A stretch of DNA of 64,000 nt from Gammaproteobacteria bacterium (GTDB lineage: Bacteria > Pseudomonadota > Gammaproteobacteria > QZLD01): assembly GCA_033852135.1 (NCBI GenBank), contig JAWSVB010000010.1:152716-216715 (forward strand). Direction: 5' to 3'. Position numbers and translations under genes: made by a program. The notes below the pieces were generated by a model, which worked only from the letters and a program-made list of their open reading frames with translations, ran no database searches and had not been told where the DNA came from. Of the stretch, positions 63,397-64,000 are shown piece after piece; within the stretch, counting starts at the first letter, position 1, and every line of letters starts with the position of its first letter.

Positions 63397-63936
63397 TTAT
63401 TTGTGTTTTGCAGTACGTTTCTTAAGCCTGATTTCACGACGGTTTTTCCAATGGCGAATGATATGGGCGCGCCAGATAAGCTTAATTGCGAAATAAGAAA
63501 CTGTTGCAAAGAATAATCCGGAAAGAATAGAGCCAAGATAAAGTGGCTTCCAGATTTCAATAAGCTGGGTTGTAAACCATTCAGAGGTTAGCTCAATGCT
63601 AAATTCACTTGGCGGCACCCCTAATATCCATGCACCTAGTTTATAGGTTGGGTAAAAAATTGGTAACCAAGTGATAGGGTTAGATATCCAAACCAAAGCA
63701 ACAGATAACGGCATATTCATTCTAAAAATCAAAGCAAGTACTGCGGCTAGCCCCATCTGAAAAGGCATAGGCATAAATGCCGCGAATACTCCGATCCAAA
63801 ATGCTCCTGCAACAGAATGACGATTTAGATGCCAAAGGTTTTGGTCATAGATTCGTTCTCCAAGAAAATCTAATTTTCCATGCTTTCTAAACTCATGTGG
63901 TTTAGGCAGGTATTTTTTTAAGAAATTTCTCGGCAT
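63397..63936 (-). CDS. DUF2062-family inner membrane protein
   Basis: 179 aa. The basic N-terminus is followed by 3-4 TM helices, a topology typical of DUF2062. Family assignment is tentative. Confidence 0.5.
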   Translation of the reverse strand: MPRNFLKKYLPKPHEFRKHGKLDFLGERIYDQNLWHLNRHSVAGAFWIGVFAAFMPMPFQMGLAAVLALIFRMNMPLSVALVWISNPITWLPIFYPTYKLGAWILGVPPSEFSIELTSEWFTTQLIEIWKPLYLGSILSGLFFATVSYFAIKLIWRAHIIRHWKNRREIRLKKRTAKHK

Positions 63937-64000
63937 TAATTTTTCTTTATTAGATTTAGGGTATATCGTCTATACGGGCTAGTTGCACATTTTAGAGTAG

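Overview
This 64-kb window from an AT-rich (about 38-40% GC by eye) gammaproteobacterial chromosome is dominated by a conserved housekeeping backbone and ends in a short accessory region. The order Legionellales/Thiotrichales is only a guess from gene order. The backbone runs: rpoN(partial)-lptB-lptA-lptC-kdsC-kdsD-yrbG on the minus strand, divergent from mlaFEDCB-murA, then hisGDC, smc-zipA-ligA, pyrG-kdsA-eno-ftsB-ispD-ispF. A PHA regulatory island (phaR, HDOD gene, phasin) follows. Next comes a large signalling and motility block: a Cache/PAS histidine kinase, a receiver protein, an Hpt protein, REC-PAS-GGDEF(degenerate)-EAL, motAB, two PilZ genes, a secreted phosphatase and an MCP. I see three unusual things. 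First, an apparent operon of NfeD, a long flotillin (SPFH) protein and a 1756-aa coiled-coil protein with a C-terminal MoxR/AAA_5-like ATPase module. Second, a REP/RAYT (IS200-like tyrosine transposase) element inserted right after that gene, followed by a precisely delimited, purifying-selected second copy of the giant protein's last 160 codons. Third, a 2.4-kb islet of three small minus-strand genes (a DarG/TARG1-like macro domain, a hypothetical and a DUF4262-like protein) packed between conserved about-70-nt hairpin repeats, wedged before truA. I found no rRNA, tRNA or CRISPR. All calls come from reading the sequence and ORF translations only; no database searches were run.
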